The notes: generated by a model from the letters alone, not told the origin. A DNA stretch of 64,000 nt from Candidatus Doudnabacteria bacterium RIFCSPHIGHO2_01_FULL_46_14 (GCA_001779925.1 MFEK01000014.1:1011-65010), one strand, 5' to 3'; shown: positions 9,807 through 19,745, counted from the first letter of the stretch. Numbers and translations are program-made.

Positions 9807-11015
9807 ATGGATAAGCCGCGCATTTTAATTTTCAGCATTGCATATGAGCCGCTGGTGGGCGGAGCAGAGCTGGCGATCAGGTACATTACTGATCGCATTT
9901 TTGATTATGAGTTTGATTTGATCACCGTGCGTTTCGACCGCGCGCATCCGAAACAAGAAAAAATCGGCAATGTCAATGTTTACCGGGTCGGTTTTGGCTC
10001 CAGACTGGGAAGGCTATTGTATCCGGCTTTCGCCCTTCGCCTCGCAAAAAAACTTCACAGCAAACAGAATTACCAAATCACCTGGGCAATAATGGCTGCA
10101 TACGCTTCTGCGGCAGCGCTCATGTTCCAAAGGCGTTTCCCGACTGTAAAATTTTTATTAACTCTTCAGGAAGGGGATACCATCGAACACATCCACAGTC
10201 GGGTAAAAGGATTTAAAAAGGTTTGGCAACAATCATTCAAAAAAGCTGACTATATACAGGTAATCAGTAAATTTTTGGCCCAATGGGCAGTCAAAGAAGG
10301 CGCGACTTGTCCGGTAGAGGTGGTGCCGAATGGGGTCGACTTAGAAAAATTCAAAATTCAAAACTCAAATGTCAAAATTGCAAATCAAAATTCAAAATTT
10401 ACTATCATCACAGCTTCGCGGTTAGTGCATAAGAATGGAATAGATATTTTGATTCATGCTGTTTCTAAACTTCAGACTTCAAACTTCCAACTTCAAATCC
10501 TCGGCGCTGGGCCAGAAGAAGCAAGATTGAAAAAACTAGCCGCAGATTTGAAAATCGCAGATCGCATTGAGTTCCTCGGCAACATTTCTCAGGAAGAGCT
10601 GCCTAAATATTTGTCGGAGTCGGACATTTTTGTGAGACCCTCACGCTCGGAAGGCTTAGGCACGGCTTTTTTGGAAGCTATGGCTGCAGGTTTGCCGATT
10701 ATTGGAACTCCTGTCGGCGGCATACCTGATTTCCTCCACCCCCACCTAACCTCTCCCCTCAAGGGGGAGAAAAATGCAGAGAAGTCCGGTATTATTCCCC
10801 TCCCTCGAGGGGAGGGTGAACCAAATGGATTATTTTGTAAAGCTGATGACCCCGCTGATCTAGCTGAGAAAATCAAAATACTGATGCAAGATTCCGACTT
10901 GAGAAAGAAATTAGGACAAAATGGGAAAAGACTAGTAGAAGAGCAATATTCCTGGGATATAGTGGACGGGAAGATGAAGGGGATTTTTAGTAAAATTTTA
11001 TATTTTAAATTGTAA
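9807..11015 (+). CDS. GT4 glycosyltransferase with three in-frame repeat insertions
   Basis: GGAE, PNGVD and SRSEGLGTAFLEAMAAGLP motifs. Confidence 0.9.
   Translation: MDKPRILIFSIAYEPLVGGAELAIRYITDRIFDYEFDLITVRFDRAHPKQEKIGNVNVYRVGFGSRLGRLLYPAFALRLAKKLHSKQNYQITWAIMAAYASAAALMFQRRFPTVKFLLTLQEGDTIEHIHSRVKGFKKVWQQSFKKADYIQVISKFLAQWAVKEGATCPVEVVPNGVDLEKFKIQNSNVKIANQNSKFTIITASRLVHKNGIDILIHAVSKLQTSNFQLQILGAGPEEARLKKLAADLKIADRIEFLGNISQEELPKYLSESDIFVRPSRSEGLGTAFLEAMAAGLPIIGTPVGGIPDFLHPHLTSPLKGEKNAEKSGIIPLPRGEGEPNGLFCKADDPADLAEKIKILMQDSDLRKKLGQNGKRLVEEQYSWDIVDGKMKGIFSKILYFKL
10347..10398 (+). repeat. Heptamer-based AT-rich repeat (AATTCAA)n, in-frame (KFKIQNSNVKIANQNSK)
   Basis: 7-bp periodicity; inverted partner at 10995-11046 (42/52 identical, hand count). 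Confidence 0.8.
10462..10498 (+). repeat. Heptamer tandem repeat (ACTTCAA)n, in-frame (SKLQTSNFQLQ)
   Basis: acttcag acttcaa acttcca acttcaa. Confidence 0.7.
10737..10820 (+). repeat. Double GC-rich palindrome (family B), in-frame (HPHLTSPLKGEK...PLPRGEGE)
   Basis: TCTCCCC-TCAAG-GGGGAGA and CCCTCCC-TCGAG-GGGAGGG hairpins. Confidence 0.8.
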
Positions 11016-11046
11016 TTTTGCATTTTGATTTTTCAATTTTGAATTT
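10995..11046 (-). repeat. Inverted partner of the 10347-10398 heptamer repeat, spanning the stop codon and intergenic gap
   Basis: Reverse complement AAATTCAAAATTGAAAAATCAAAATGCAAAATTACAATTTAAAATATAAAAT. Confidence 0.8.
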
Positions 11047-11049
11047 CCT

Positions 11050-12723
11050 ATGACCAAGCTTCAAAAACAATTACTCGCCGGCATTTTATTGCTTGCAGCT
11101 GTGCTGATTTTTTTCCGGCTCACGCGGCACGACCCACTCGGCGATGACGCGCATTATTCTTTCCGCGCAATAGGTTATTTTGATTATCTTGGTTCCAAAG
11201 AGCAGACCACGCCCGTGCAGTGGTTCGGACACCGGCCAGCCTGGTCGTATCTGTCATTCCACGATCATCCGCCCCTGGTGTTTTTGATCCAGCATATTTT
11301 TTTTAGTATTTTCGGGGTGTCGTTGTTTGTGTCTCGTTTGCCGTCGGCCCTGGCCGCCCTGGGCTCGGTATTGGTCATATTTTTTATAGCCAAGCGCCTG
11401 GCTGGCCCCAAAGCCGGGCTGGCCGCCGCCCTGGCTTTGGCTGTAAACAATTATTTTATCTGGACCGGGCGAATCGCTCTTCTCGAAAGCGTCTTTATTT
11501 TTTTCCTGCTCCTGTCTTTTCTATATTTGCTGAAAACGTTTGAGGATTCGAAATATTTTATTCACACCGGTCTTTTTTTCGGCCTGAGCTTGCTTTCCAA
11601 ATATACCGTGCTGTTTATCCTGCCTGCGGTGCTTTTGTTTCTGGTCTGGAAGCACCGATGGATTTTTAAAAATAAAAGATTCTGGCAGGGAATGATGGTA
11701 TTTTTGGTTTTGTGCCTTCCCGTGGTGATTTATAATCTCATGATGTTCAAAACTCGGGGCCATTTCGACGTGCAGTTTGCGGATTTATTCGGGCAGGTTC
11801 ATAATGACTGGCCGAAACTCGCAATGCGAATCAGCAAACCTGATCCGAATTTTTTGGGCGTTTTGACCACGATAGCCGATGGTTTTTCTTGGCCTTATTT
11901 TGCGGCGTTTATTTTGAGCATTTTTTTCAGCCTGCATCTGGCCAGACGCGCTGCCGCAGTCTACCTTTTTGTTTTCGCGGCAGTGTCCTTGTTTTTCTTT
12001 TTTGCCTTTGCCGGCGGAGCTGTCCGGTGGATGGGAGTGCTGGCGCCTTTTGCGGCCCTGCTCGTTGGTTTGGCAGCTGCGGCGTTTGCAGAGCGTAAAA
12101 AATATCTTGCCGCCGCCGTAGCTATTCCGTTTGCCGTCTTTTCAATTTTTTATACATGGAACACCAATCATCTGAAGCGCCCGGTCGCAGGCCCGAATTG
12201 GTATGCCGGATTTCGTTTGGAAAATTACGGGTACAATCAGCTCGACAAGGAAATCTCAAAACTGCTCACTGGCAAAAAACCAACGCCGAAAATTAAATAC
12301 GCGACGACCCAATGGTGGTACCGCGATCTTGATGAAAAAGCAATCGAGTTCCCTATCATTAATCAAGGGGCAGGAGTTTTCGGCTCAGCGATTATCGTTG
12401 ATTCCGAGCACATCTGGTTTCCTATGTATTGGGCCAAAGAAAAATGGAAATTCTATCACCGATTTTCCATTAAAACCTCAAACGAGTTTTTGCAGGTTGT
12501 TGATGCTAAGGGCGGACTCGAGATTATCAATTTTGTGCAGTTTGATAAAATTTACTATTTTAAATCCGGCCCGCGGATCAGGGAGACCGCTGATTTGAAA
12601 TATGAGGGATCTGATCCGCTTTTTGAAGCGATTCTAAAAAAAGGGATCTTACCCAAAATCATTTATGACGACCAGGGCAATGAAGCGTTTTATATGTATG
12701 AAACAAGCGAGCTGGCCATATGA
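11050..12723 (+). CDS. ArnT/PMT-family (GT-C) membrane glycosyltransferase
   Basis: DDAHY, DHPPL, SRLPSA and LSKY motifs; many TM helices. Confidence 0.85.
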   Translation: MTKLQKQLLAGILLLAAVLIFFRLTRHDPLGDDAHYSFRAIGYFDYLGSKEQTTPVQWFGHRPAWSYLSFHDHPPLVFLIQHIFFSIFGVSLFVSRLPSALAALGSVLVIFFIAKRLAGPKAGLAAALALAVNNYFIWTGRIALLESVFIFFLLLSFLYLLKTFEDSKYFIHTGLFFGLSLLSKYTVLFILPAVLLFLVWKHRWIFKNKRFWQGMMVFLVLCLPVVIYNLMMFKTRGHFDVQFADLFGQVHNDWPKLAMRISKPDPNFLGVLTTIADGFSWPYFAAFILSIFFSLHLARRAAAVYLFVFAAVSLFFFFAFAGGAVRWMGVLAPFAALLVGLAAAAFAERKKYLAAAVAIPFAVFSIFYTWNTNHLKRPVAGPNWYAGFRLENYGYNQLDKEISKLLTGKKPTPKIKYATTQWWYRDLDEKAIEFPIINQGAGVFGSAIIVDSEHIWFPMYWAKEKWKFYHRFSIKTSNEFLQVVDAKGGLEIINFVQFDKIYYFKSGPRIRETADLKYEGSDPLFEAILKKGILPKIIYDDQGNEAFYMYETSELAI

Positions 12724-12724
12724 A

Positions 12725-12804
12725 CCGCGTTAGAAATTTTATTCAGCATATACTCAAAAATTTATGATTACATCAGCTATTAACCAAAAGGATTTCTAAC
12801 GGGG
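12725..12804. mobile_element. Family A miniature inverted-repeat element A1 (80 bp) in an ATGA stop/start overlap
   Basis: CCGCGTTAGAAAT...ATTTCTAACGGGG; TGAA direct repeat at 12721-12724 and 12805-12808; terminal G forms GTG 12804. Confidence 0.9.
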
Positions 12805-13913
12805 TGAAAATTTTAATTTGTACCGGGATTTTTCCTCCTGACGTGGGCGGTCCGGCAACCTATTCGAAAATTCTTGCAGAAGAACTGGTTAAACATGGCC
12901 ACGCGGTTAAGGTAATTACTTATGCTGGTCGTATTTATCCCCCTTCCCTTGAGAGAAGGGGGACTCTGGGAGAGGCGGATTTTGAATTGATCCGAATTCA
13001 ACGCAGCCGATTCAAACCTCTGCATTATTTCAGATTTTACCGTACCGTTCTGAAACACGGCCGAGACGTTGATGTGATTTACGCTCAAGGTCCGGTTTCA
13101 GAAGGATATCCGGCTTGTCTGGCGGCTAAGAAATTAAATAAACCACTCGCAGTAAAGATAACAGGAGATTACTCCTGGGAGCAGGCGATGGGCCGGGGTT
13201 TAACCGACGAGCTGATTGATGCGTTTCAGAACCTCTCTTTCTACCCTCCAAGAATCCAACGAATGCGCAGAATCCAGAAACTAGTTTGCGATTATGCAAA
13301 TATAATAATCACGCCCTCAGAATATTTAAAAAAGGTTGTTAGCGGTTGGGGGGTAGATCCGGGGAAAATTAGAGTTATTTATAATTCGGTAGAGATGCCA
13401 GAATCAATAATTACGAATCAAGAATCAAGACAAAAGCTAGGAATCCCCAAAGACAAATTTCTAATAGTCTCTTCTGGACGCAATGTACCGTGGAAAGGAT
13501 TTGAATTATTGAAGGAAGTTATGGCAGAATTACAGAAAGATCATCCTGAGATGATGCTGAAAATCCTGCATGATGCGCCGCGCGGGCTGCTCCATGAATA
13601 TATCCGGGCGGCAGATCTGTATGTGCTAAACACCGGCTATGAGGGGTTATCCAATACTCTCGTGGAAGTTCTGCGCCATAGGATACCTGTAATCACCACC
13701 AACGTCGGCGGCAACCCGGAGATAATCAGGGATGGCGAAAATGGGCTACTCGTGGAATACAATAATATAGAGCAGTTGAAAGACGCAATTTTGAGATTGT
13801 ACTCTGACAAAGAATTACGTAATAAATTACGTAATTCTTCCGGCCTGGAAAAATTCGATCTCGCGCAGATGATCAGTAAAACCGAGGAGGTTCTCAAACA
13901 ATGCGCGTCCTAA
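12804..13913 (+). CDS. GT4 glycosyltransferase (GTG start supplied by A1)
   Basis: FPPDVGGPATY, YEGLSNTLVE and TNVGGNPE motifs. Confidence 0.9.
   Translation: MKILICTGIFPPDVGGPATYSKILAEELVKHGHAVKVITYAGRIYPPSLERRGTLGEADFELIRIQRSRFKPLHYFRFYRTVLKHGRDVDVIYAQGPVSEGYPACLAAKKLNKPLAVKITGDYSWEQAMGRGLTDELIDAFQNLSFYPPRIQRMRRIQKLVCDYANIIITPSEYLKKVVSGWGVDPGKIRVIYNSVEMPESIITNQESRQKLGIPKDKFLIVSSGRNVPWKGFELLKEVMAELQKDHPEMMLKILHDAPRGLLHEYIRAADLYVLNTGYEGLSNTLVEVLRHRIPVITTNVGGNPEIIRDGENGLLVEYNNIEQLKDAILRLYSDKELRNKLRNSSGLEKFDLAQMISKTEEVLKQCAS
12938..12975 (+). repeat. GC-rich palindrome (family B), in-frame (YPPSLERRGTLGE)
   Basis: TCCCCCTTC-CCTTGAGA-GAAGGGGGA hairpin. Confidence 0.7.
13401..13430 (+). repeat. 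Heptamer repeat (GAATCAA)n, in-frame in the GT4 linker
   Basis: gaatcaa taattac gaatcaa gaatcaa. Confidence 0.6.
13810..13839. repeat. TTACGTAA x2 palindrome (12-bp period), in-frame (KELRNKLRNS)
   Basis: AAGAATTACGTAAT-AA-ATTACGTAATTCTT; same motif and spacing as 19703-19734. Confidence 0.7.
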
Positions 13914-14989
13914 TGATCAGCCTGGACAGGGGACTTTTGGGGGCGGCCGGGTCAGGGGATGTGGCCGAGCGCCATAAAAAATATGCGAGTCTGGCAGGCG
14001 CGCTGGATATTATTGTGTTTGCGTCTCCCAAATATTCACAGCTCACGCTGGCGCCGAATCTGCGGGTATTTCCTACGCGGTCCAGCAAATTCGCGCATTT
14101 TCACCGCGCCGCGGAACTCACAAAAAAATTATTGAAAGAGAATCAGTATGACCTTTTGGTAACCCAGGAATTCACCGCGCCGGCCGGGCTGAAGATCAAA
14201 AAATTTCTTGACATTCCCTGGATCATCAATATTCACAGCATGTTTTTTTCCACGCAGTGGCTGGGGTTTAATCTTATCTATTGGTATTTGTTTTTTCTCA
14301 TGAAAAAATCCATAAGATCCGCGGACGGCTTTCGGGTTACCAATGATGCGATCAGAAAAAAGCTGACTGATTGGGGGATTGCCAAGCCGATTTTGGTGCA
14401 ACCGACGCCAGTGAATATAGAAAAGTTTAAAATAGAAAGCGGAAAGTTCAAAGTTGAAAATCAAAATCCAATAGTGCTGTATGTCGGCAGATTGGAACCT
14501 GAAAAGAATGTTTCACTTTTGATACGGGCATTCAAAAAGCTCAAGGATGAAGCCCAATTGCAGATTGTCGGCAAAGGATCGCAGGAAAAAGAATTGAGAA
14601 GATTGGCCGCCGACGATTTGCGCGTGGAATTTTTCGGAGCGAAATCCTCGGATGAATTGCCGGAGATTTACCGCAGTGCAGACATTTTTGTTCTGCCTTC
14701 AAACTCAGAGAGTTTCGGCAAAGTGCTCATAGAAGCTGGCGCGGCAGGATGCGCCCTGGTTGCGACTGAAACTGCCGGCGCCAAAAGTATTTTGGAAAAT
14801 GATGAGGCGGGGATATTGGTACCGGTTGGGGATACTGCCGCTTTGACCCGCGTTCTGCAAAACCTCGTCGGTAAAAAATTTGAACGAGAGTATTGGGGGC
14901 AAAGAGCTAGGGAAATCTCAAAAAAATACAATGCGGAGACTGCAACCCAGCGGATCATTGATCTGTGGAAGGAGGTCGCGGCAAAATGA
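13901..14989 (+). CDS. GT4 glycosyltransferase
   Basis: YVGRLEPEKN and ESFGKVLIEA motifs. Confidence 0.9.
   Translation: MRVLMISLDRGLLGAAGSGDVAERHKKYASLAGALDIIVFASPKYSQLTLAPNLRVFPTRSSKFAHFHRAAELTKKLLKENQYDLLVTQEFTAPAGLKIKKFLDIPWIINIHSMFFSTQWLGFNLIYWYLFFLMKKSIRSADGFRVTNDAIRKKLTDWGIAKPILVQPTPVNIEKFKIESGKFKVENQNPIVLYVGRLEPEKNVSLLIRAFKKLKDEAQLQIVGKGSQEKELRRLAADDLRVEFFGAKSSDELPEIYRSADIFVLPSNSESFGKVLIEAGAAGCALVATETAGAKSILENDEAGILVPVGDTAALTRVLQNLVGKKFEREYWGQRAREISKKYNAETATQRIIDLWKEVAAK
14423..14470 (+). repeat. Degenerate heptamer repeat (AAGTTCA-like), in-frame in the GT4 linker
   Basis: aagttta aaataga aagcgga aagttca aagttga aaatcaa. Confidence 0.55.
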
Positions 14990-15570
14990 CATCTTGGGAA
15001 AAATTCTTTGACGAAAAAATCCGGGAGATAGCCAAGGAAAATTATATTGTGGACGTGGGCAGCGGCCTCAAATTCGGTAAGCACATGAAGCAATACGAAA
15101 CGTTATTTGCCGGAAAAAAGTTTTTGACGTTTGATAAGGAAGGCACTTATCGACCCGATATTGTCGGCGACATTCACGCGATCCCGCTTCCGGACGCTTC
15201 GGTAGACGCCGTGCTCTGCAACGCGGTTTTAGAGCATGTGGAAGAGCCGGGGAAAGCCGTCGCCGAGATACACAGAATCTTAAAGCCGGGCGGCAAGGCT
15301 TTTTTCTATGTCCCGTTTTTGTATCCTTATCATGCGGAAAAACGGATTTACAAGGATTTTTACAGATTCAGCAAAGATGGGGTAGAATACCTCCTGCGCA
15401 ATTTTTCTAAGCTGGAATATGTTCCGGTGCGCGGTTTTGCGGAAATGTGGCTGTATTTCCTGCCGTTTCGTCTTAACCGGCTTTTGAGCCCGGTCGGCCG
15501 CATCCTTGATTCGCTCCTAAAAAGAGGCGGCAACCAGACCTCAGGTTTTAATATTTTCGTTATCAAATGA
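14986..15570 (+). CDS. Class I SAM-dependent methyltransferase
   Basis: VDVGSG, VLEHV and RILKPGG motifs; ATGA overlap with the upstream gene. Confidence 0.9.
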   Translation: MTSWEKFFDEKIREIAKENYIVDVGSGLKFGKHMKQYETLFAGKKFLTFDKEGTYRPDIVGDIHAIPLPDASVDAVLCNAVLEHVEEPGKAVAEIHRILKPGGKAFFYVPFLYPYHAEKRIYKDFYRFSKDGVEYLLRNFSKLEYVPVRGFAEMWLYFLPFRLNRLLSPVGRILDSLLKRGGNQTSGFNIFVIK

Positions 15571-16634
15571 AACTCCTTTTTATTACCAGAAAAGTCGACA
15601 TTAACGATCCCATGCAAGGATTTATCTTTTCATGGCTCAATAAATTTGCGTCAAAGCTCGAAAAGTTGTATGTAATTTGCCTGGAAACCGGCGCGGGCAA
15701 CGAGCTTTTGCTGGAAAAAAATATTGAGGTATATTCCATGGGCAAAGAGAAGGGCAAAAACCGTTTGCGGGAATTTTTCAATTATCTCATGTGGCTCAAA
15801 AAAACCGTGCCCCAGTCTGATGGGATCTTTGTGCACATGCATCCTGTGTATGCGATTATTGCTTGGCCGTTTGCGAAACTTTATCGCAAAAAATTAACTC
15901 TTTGGTACACGCACAAAGCCGTGGATCTGAAACTGCGCGTTGCGCATCTGCTCGTTGACATTGTATTTACCGCTTCCAAGGAAAGTTTTCGCATCAAGTC
16001 AAATAAAGTGAAAGAGATCGGTCATGGAATAGATGTTGAGCGATTATCACCTAACTCTCTATTTACAATGAAAAAGAATGGCCATAGGCTTGTATCATTT
16101 GGAAGGATTGCTCCTGTAAAGAAACTCGAAGTCTTGATTGAAGCGATGAATATTCTGATCAACAAAAGAAAATTGGACGTGACTTTGGACATTTTCGGCA
16201 ATGCAGCATTGCCTGCGGATGAAAAGTATAGACAATCGCTAAAGAATAAAATCGTTCAGTATGGATTCGGGAAAAAGGTTGAATTGCTGGACGCAATGCC
16301 ACACACACATCTTATGCAGGTTTTATCATCGTCCTATGATATAGTAATTAATCTTTCGGAAACCGGCAGCATTGATAAAGCGGTAGTTGAGGCCGCTTCT
16401 TGCGGTACGATTGTCATCACCACAAATGAGGCCTTTAAAAACCAACTGCCAAAAATTTCAGATAAGCTGTTTCTCGAGAGAAACGATCCCGAAAAGCTAG
16501 CCAGCAGGATTGCCGAGCTCGTTGCGCTCCCGCAAGACGAGAAAGACCGTTTAGGTGAAGCATTGCGCAATTGGGTTGCTACATCGCACAATTTAGAAAA
16601 TTTGGTTGAGAAAGTAATCGCTGCTTACAAATGA
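15567..16634 (+). CDS. GT4 glycosyltransferase
   Basis: GHGID, GRIAPVKK and GSIDKAVVEA motifs. Confidence 0.88.
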   Translation: MKLLFITRKVDINDPMQGFIFSWLNKFASKLEKLYVICLETGAGNELLLEKNIEVYSMGKEKGKNRLREFFNYLMWLKKTVPQSDGIFVHMHPVYAIIAWPFAKLYRKKLTLWYTHKAVDLKLRVAHLLVDIVFTASKESFRIKSNKVKEIGHGIDVERLSPNSLFTMKKNGHRLVSFGRIAPVKKLEVLIEAMNILINKRKLDVTLDIFGNAALPADEKYRQSLKNKIVQYGFGKKVELLDAMPHTHLMQVLSSSYDIVINLSETGSIDKAVVEAASCGTIVITTNEAFKNQLPKISDKLFLERNDPEKLASRIAELVALPQDEKDRLGEALRNWVATSHNLENLVEKVIAAYK

Positions 16635-16635
16635 A

Positions 16636-16715
16636 TCCCGTTAGAAATCTATTTTTCCACAATAATTGCAAATTTTTATGAACTCTGCTATTAACTATAA
16701 GGATTTCTAACTGGG
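16636..16715. mobile_element. Family A element A2 (80 bp) in an ATGA overlap
   Basis: TCCCGTTAGAAAT...ATTTCTAACTGGG; TGAA at 16632-16635 and 16716-16719; interior similar to A1. Confidence 0.9.
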
Positions 16716-17878
16716 TGAAAATTTTATTTGTGGCTTACAAATTCGGCACAGAAAAAGAAATCGGGGAGCATCTCGGTACCTACCATTATTTTATTGAAAC
16801 CCTGCGGCGCATGGTTGCCCTGGGGCATGAGGTTTCTGTTGCTGCGCCGTGGTTGTCTTTTAGGCGACGCGGCAGCGAGGATGTTGATGGGGTAAAAGTT
16901 TTGCGTTACTATCCACCTCTGTTTAACAGGCCGAAATCCCTGCTCGTAAACTGGATATTGCGTTCTTGGTATATTATGGCGACCAGCAGACGAATCCTCG
17001 ACCTTGATCGTAAACAACAGTGGGACGCGATTTGCGTGTGGCAGGCGCGCGAGACCGGCTTTGCCGTGGCGAAAATTGCTTCAAAGCTGCGCGCCCCTTT
17101 TATTTTCCGCCAGATCACGGCCTGGCAATGGCATTTTGAACGGATGAAGCGAGACCGGAAATTTCAGGAAAAATTCGCCAAAGCCATTTATGCTTCTGCC
17201 AAACAAATTATTTTTGTAAGCCGCGCTGCCGCTGATGCGGAACGAGCCTTGGGCTTGCCGGAGGAAAAAATCCGTATTATGGCCGTGGCCATTGAAACCG
17301 ACCTATTCAAGCCTGGAAATCAAAGCAAAAACGGCAATACCATTTTATTTGTCGGCCGAATCAATTTTGCGGAAAAAGGCATTGGCTATTTGCTGGATGC
17401 CATGCCAGAAGTACTGCGCCGACTGCCGGCAGCAAAGCTGGTGATTGTCGGCGGTGGTGGAGAGTCGCAGCGTTTGCTTGCTCAAATAAAAACCCTTGGT
17501 ATTGAAAATTCCGTGCGGGTTGTCGGGGAAAAGCCATTCAACGAGCTTCCTCAGTATTTGAACGCCTCTGATGTGATGGTTGTACCCTCCATATGGCTGG
17601 AGGCTTTCGGCCAGGTTACGATCATCGCCATGGCTTGCGGTGTGCCTGTGGTGACCTCTGACATTGGCGGAAGCGTCGAGATAAACTTGGACGGGCAAAC
17701 AGGCTTTGTGGTTCCCCGGGCTGATTCACACGCGCTTGCCGAGGCGATCCTCAAGATTTTGCGCGATCCGCAGCTTGCCAAAACGCTCGGGCAGAATGCC
17801 CGCAAACGGGTCGAGGAACATTACAGTTACGAGGTTCTGGTTAATAAATTTTTGAAACTGATTGGCGAACTCAAGTGA
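16715..17878 (+). CDS. GT4 glycosyltransferase (GTG start from A2)
   Basis: FVGRI..EKG and PSIWLEAFG...AMACGVPVV motifs. Confidence 0.9.
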   Translation: MKILFVAYKFGTEKEIGEHLGTYHYFIETLRRMVALGHEVSVAAPWLSFRRRGSEDVDGVKVLRYYPPLFNRPKSLLVNWILRSWYIMATSRRILDLDRKQQWDAICVWQARETGFAVAKIASKLRAPFIFRQITAWQWHFERMKRDRKFQEKFAKAIYASAKQIIFVSRAAADAERALGLPEEKIRIMAVAIETDLFKPGNQSKNGNTILFVGRINFAEKGIGYLLDAMPEVLRRLPAAKLVIVGGGGESQRLLAQIKTLGIENSVRVVGEKPFNELPQYLNASDVMVVPSIWLEAFGQVTIIAMACGVPVVTSDIGGSVEINLDGQTGFVVPRADSHALAEAILKILRDPQLAKTLGQNARKRVEEHYSYEVLVNKFLKLIGELK

Positions 17879-17879
17879 A

Positions 17880-17973
17880 TCCCGTTAGAAATCAGAAGCA
17901 GAAAATTAGAGGTAAATTATGATTAATTATGAAATGGATTCAGAAGAAAAAAAGACCCGAATTTCTAACGGGG
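17880..17973. mobile_element. Family A element A3 (94 bp) in a GTGA overlap
   Basis: TCCCGTTAGAAAT...ATTTCTAACGGGG; TGAA at 17876-17879 and 17974-17977. Confidence 0.9.
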
Positions 17974-18689
17974 TGAATAAAGCAGTTTTTATTACAGGAT
18001 GTTCAAGCGGCATCGGCGAACAAACCGCATACCAATTCGCGCGCCGCGGCTGGAAACTTGCTGTAAGTTATCATAGTAACCAGGATCAAGGAGAACGAGT
18101 CGTGCGCGAATGCCTGCGTCTCGGAGCTGCTGACGTACTGCTGGTTAAGCTGGAGCTGGTTTCTGATTCCAGCATTGACGATGCGGTGCGGCTGGTTGCG
18201 CGCAAATACGGGAAAATCGATACTTTGATAAATAATGCCGGGACCATAAGGCATAACCTTTTGGCAGATAAATCTTTCCAGGAAATCAGCGAGGAGCTCG
18301 CGGTAAATCTCGATGGCCCTATCAAATTGACTAAAACCTGCCTGCCCTATATCAAGGAGGGAATTATCAATGTCGGCAGCACTCTCGGTTTGACGGGAAA
18401 AAAGACATTATCAGTCTACAGCGCCAGCAAATTCGGTCTCCGCGGATTTACCAAAGCTTTAGCAAAAGAACTGCCGAATTTGCGAATCATTATGATAAAT
18501 CCGAGCCTTACCGCCACCAAGATGGGAAATGCCGGGGGACTGCCGCCCGTAAAGGTCGCCGAGATTATTTACAAAGCCGCAGTCAGCGAGATCGCGGTCC
18601 GTTCGGGAGATGATCTCAATGTGTTTGATTATCTGCGCCACCCAGTGATTCGTTTTTTAAAATACTTTTATAGAAAGATCCGGATATGA
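17973..18689 (+). CDS. SDR-family oxidoreductase (alternative element-derived start at 17919)
   Basis: TGCSSGIG, NNAG and YSASK motifs. Confidence 0.88.
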   Translation: MNKAVFITGCSSGIGEQTAYQFARRGWKLAVSYHSNQDQGERVVRECLRLGAADVLLVKLELVSDSSIDDAVRLVARKYGKIDTLINNAGTIRHNLLADKSFQEISEELAVNLDGPIKLTKTCLPYIKEGIINVGSTLGLTGKKTLSVYSASKFGLRGFTKALAKELPNLRIIMINPSLTATKMGNAGGLPPVKVAEIIYKAAVSEIAVRSGDDLNVFDYLRHPVIRFLKYFYRKIRI

Positions 18690-19702
18690 CGATTTGTTTT
18701 TTCGGCAATTACATTCCAGATTATCCGCGCATAGTAGTATTGAAAAAAGGATTTGCGGCCAATGGAGTGAAGGTTCTCGAATGCCACACCCGCAAAACCG
18801 GTGTTGCGAAATATATTGACCTCTGGCAGCAGCATCGTAAATTCAAAAATGATTATGATGTCCTGCTCGTCACCATGGGCGCTTATACTCTTGTGCCTTT
18901 CGCGCGCAGGCTGACCAAAAAAAAGCTCATCTTTGACGCGTTTGTGTCTCTGCAAATAACAGCCGATGATCGGGGTAAAGGCAGATTTATGGCAGATTTC
19001 TGGGATGCTTATGCCTGCCGGATCGCTGACCAGGTACTACTCGACACTAATGCGCAGATTGAATATTTTGTGGCGAGGTACAATCTGCCCCGCGTGAAAT
19101 TTACCCGCGTCCCTGCCTCCGCCGACCCAGATATCTTTTTCCCTACAAGCTACCAGCTACCCCCTACCCGCTCTTTTGTTGTCCACTGGCACGGCCACAT
19201 CGTCCCTTTTCACGGATTGGAAGCTGTGATTGAAGCCGCAAATAAATTAAAAGATCACAAAGATATCGAGTTTCGGATTACCACCAGGTTCAACAGTAAA
19301 TATCAAGCGATAAAAAAGCGCATACAAGAATTGAAATTAGAAAACGTCAATTTTTTCCCGGAAACATCTTACGCGGGATTGGCCAAAGCAATTAATGAAT
19401 CAGATGTTGTTCTGGGTGTGTTTGGCACCAAAAAAAAAGCCGAGGTGGTCATCCCTAACAAGATTTATGAAGCAGTGGCCTGCAAAAAACCAGTCATCAC
19501 CCGCGATTCGAAAGCGGTTAGAGAAGTGTTCGATGAAAACTCCATGAAACTGATTCGTCCTAACAACCCCGACGAATTAGCTACCGCGATTTTGGAATTG
19601 AAACAAAATGAAGCCAAACGAAACAGCCTTGCTGAAAACGCTAATGAAATTTATACAGCAAACTTGCTGCCTGGAGCGATAACCAAGCCTTTGCTAGAAT
19701 GA
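18686..19702 (+). CDS. GT4 glycosyltransferase
   Basis: HIVPFHGLE and IPNKIYEAVAC motifs. Confidence 0.85.
   Translation: MTICFFGNYIPDYPRIVVLKKGFAANGVKVLECHTRKTGVAKYIDLWQQHRKFKNDYDVLLVTMGAYTLVPFARRLTKKKLIFDAFVSLQITADDRGKGRFMADFWDAYACRIADQVLLDTNAQIEYFVARYNLPRVKFTRVPASADPDIFFPTSYQLPPTRSFVVHWHGHIVPFHGLEAVIEAANKLKDHKDIEFRITTRFNSKYQAIKKRIQELKLENVNFFPETSYAGLAKAINESDVVLGVFGTKKKAEVVIPNKIYEAVACKKPVITRDSKAVREVFDENSMKLIRPNNPDELATAILELKQNEAKRNSLAENANEIYTANLLPGAITKPLLE
19142..19172 (+). repeat. Heptamer repeat (GCTACCA-like), in-frame (PTSYQLPPT) in the GT4 linker
   Basis: cctacaa gctacca gctaccc cctaccc. Confidence 0.65.
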
Positions 19703-19734
19703 TTACGTAATTAATTACGTAATCAGTTACGTAA
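19703..19734. promoter_or_regulatory. Triple TTACGTAA palindrome (12-bp period), putative operator of the AbrB-like gene
   Basis: TTACGTAA at 19703, 19715 and 19727, directly upstream of the GGAG SD and ATG 19746. Confidence 0.7.
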
Positions 19735-19745
19735 CTGGAGATAAG

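Noticed and set aside
12725-12804. Family A elements as Rho-independent terminators
   Set aside because: The loops are 40-70 nt, there is no U-tract, and the stem ends in the next start codon.
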